A program made the translations under genes and the position numbers. Under the pieces are notes generated by a model. That model saw only the letters and a list, made by a program, of their open reading frames with translations. It was not told the DNA's origin and did no database searches. Positions 63,380 through 64,000 of a DNA stretch of 64,000 nt are shown piece by piece. Position 1 is the stretch's first letter. Each line of letters begins with the position of its first letter. The stretch is from Squalus acanthias (Eukaryota), in the NCBI GenBank assembly GCA_030390025.1, contig JASTWF010000369.1, forward strand, positions 124,001-188,000, read 5' to 3'.

Positions 63380-64000
63380 AATATAAGAATATAAGAAATA
63401 AGAGAGCATAAGAAATAAGAGCAGGAGTAGGCCATACGGCCCCTCGAGCCTGCTCCGCCATTCAAAAAGATCATGGCTGATCATCGCCCTCAACTCCACT
63501 TTCCCACCCGATCTCCATATCCTTGATTCCCCTAGAGTGCAAAAATCTATCTATCTCAGCCTTGACTATACTCAAAGACTCAGCGTTCACAGCCCTCTGC
63601 TGCAGATAATTCCAAAGATTCACAACCCTCCTCATCTCGGTCTTAAATGGGCTAACCCTTATCCTGAGACTATGCCCCATAGTTCTAGACACTCCAGCCA
63701 GGGGAAGCAACTTCTCAGCATCTACCCTGTCAATCCCCTTAAAAATCTTGTATGTATCAATGAGATCACCACTGATTCGTCCAAACTCCAGAGAGTATAG
63801 GCACATTCTACACAATCTTTCGTCATAGGACAGCTCTCTCATCAGAGGAATCAATCTAGTGAACCTTCGTTGCACTGCCTCCAAGGCAAGTATATTCTTC
63901 CTTAGATAAGGAGACCAAAAATGTGCACAGTACTCCAGTTGTGGTCTCACCAAGGCCCTGTACTATTGTAGCATGACTTCCTTACTCTTATACTCCAACC
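63380..64000 (-). mobile_element. CR1 LINE 3' end (continues beyond the window)
   Basis: (ATAAGA)n tail and VRPQLEYCAHFWSP..LEAVQRRFTRLIP. Confidence 0.92.

Noticed and set aside
63380..63420. Short tandem repeats as a CRISPR array or satellite
   Set aside because: They are CR1 3' microsatellite tails with no spacers, in a eukaryotic context.

Overview
Repeat-dense vertebrate DNA, most likely from a cartilaginous fish (shark-type CR1 LINEs, an HE1-like V-SINE, a GPR139-like receptor family). Only one host gene looks intact: a two-exon GPR139/142-like class A GPCR on the minus strand (49661-49592 + 46070-45166, 324 aa). Bases 1-21650 are a decayed env-bearing LTR element, best read as lokiretrovirus-like: LTRs, tRNA-Lys3 PBS, gag with a CCHC knuckle, PR-RT-tether-RNase H-IN, and a paramyxovirus-F-like env. 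It contains nested CR1 LINEs and a 4.7-kb palindromic Penelope pair with minimal hammerhead ribozymes. A second, internally deleted copy of the same family lies at about 51069-54733. A foamy-virus-like endogenous element (spumaviral-type integrase, PPT, 1.45-kb LTR) lies at about 57597-60700 on the minus strand. There are two decayed two-gene Harbinger transposons, several MITEs and SINEs, and four copies of the GPCR upstream module, two of which form a large inverted duplication around a Harbinger element. All alignments were made by eye, so boundaries are approximate unless a motif is quoted.
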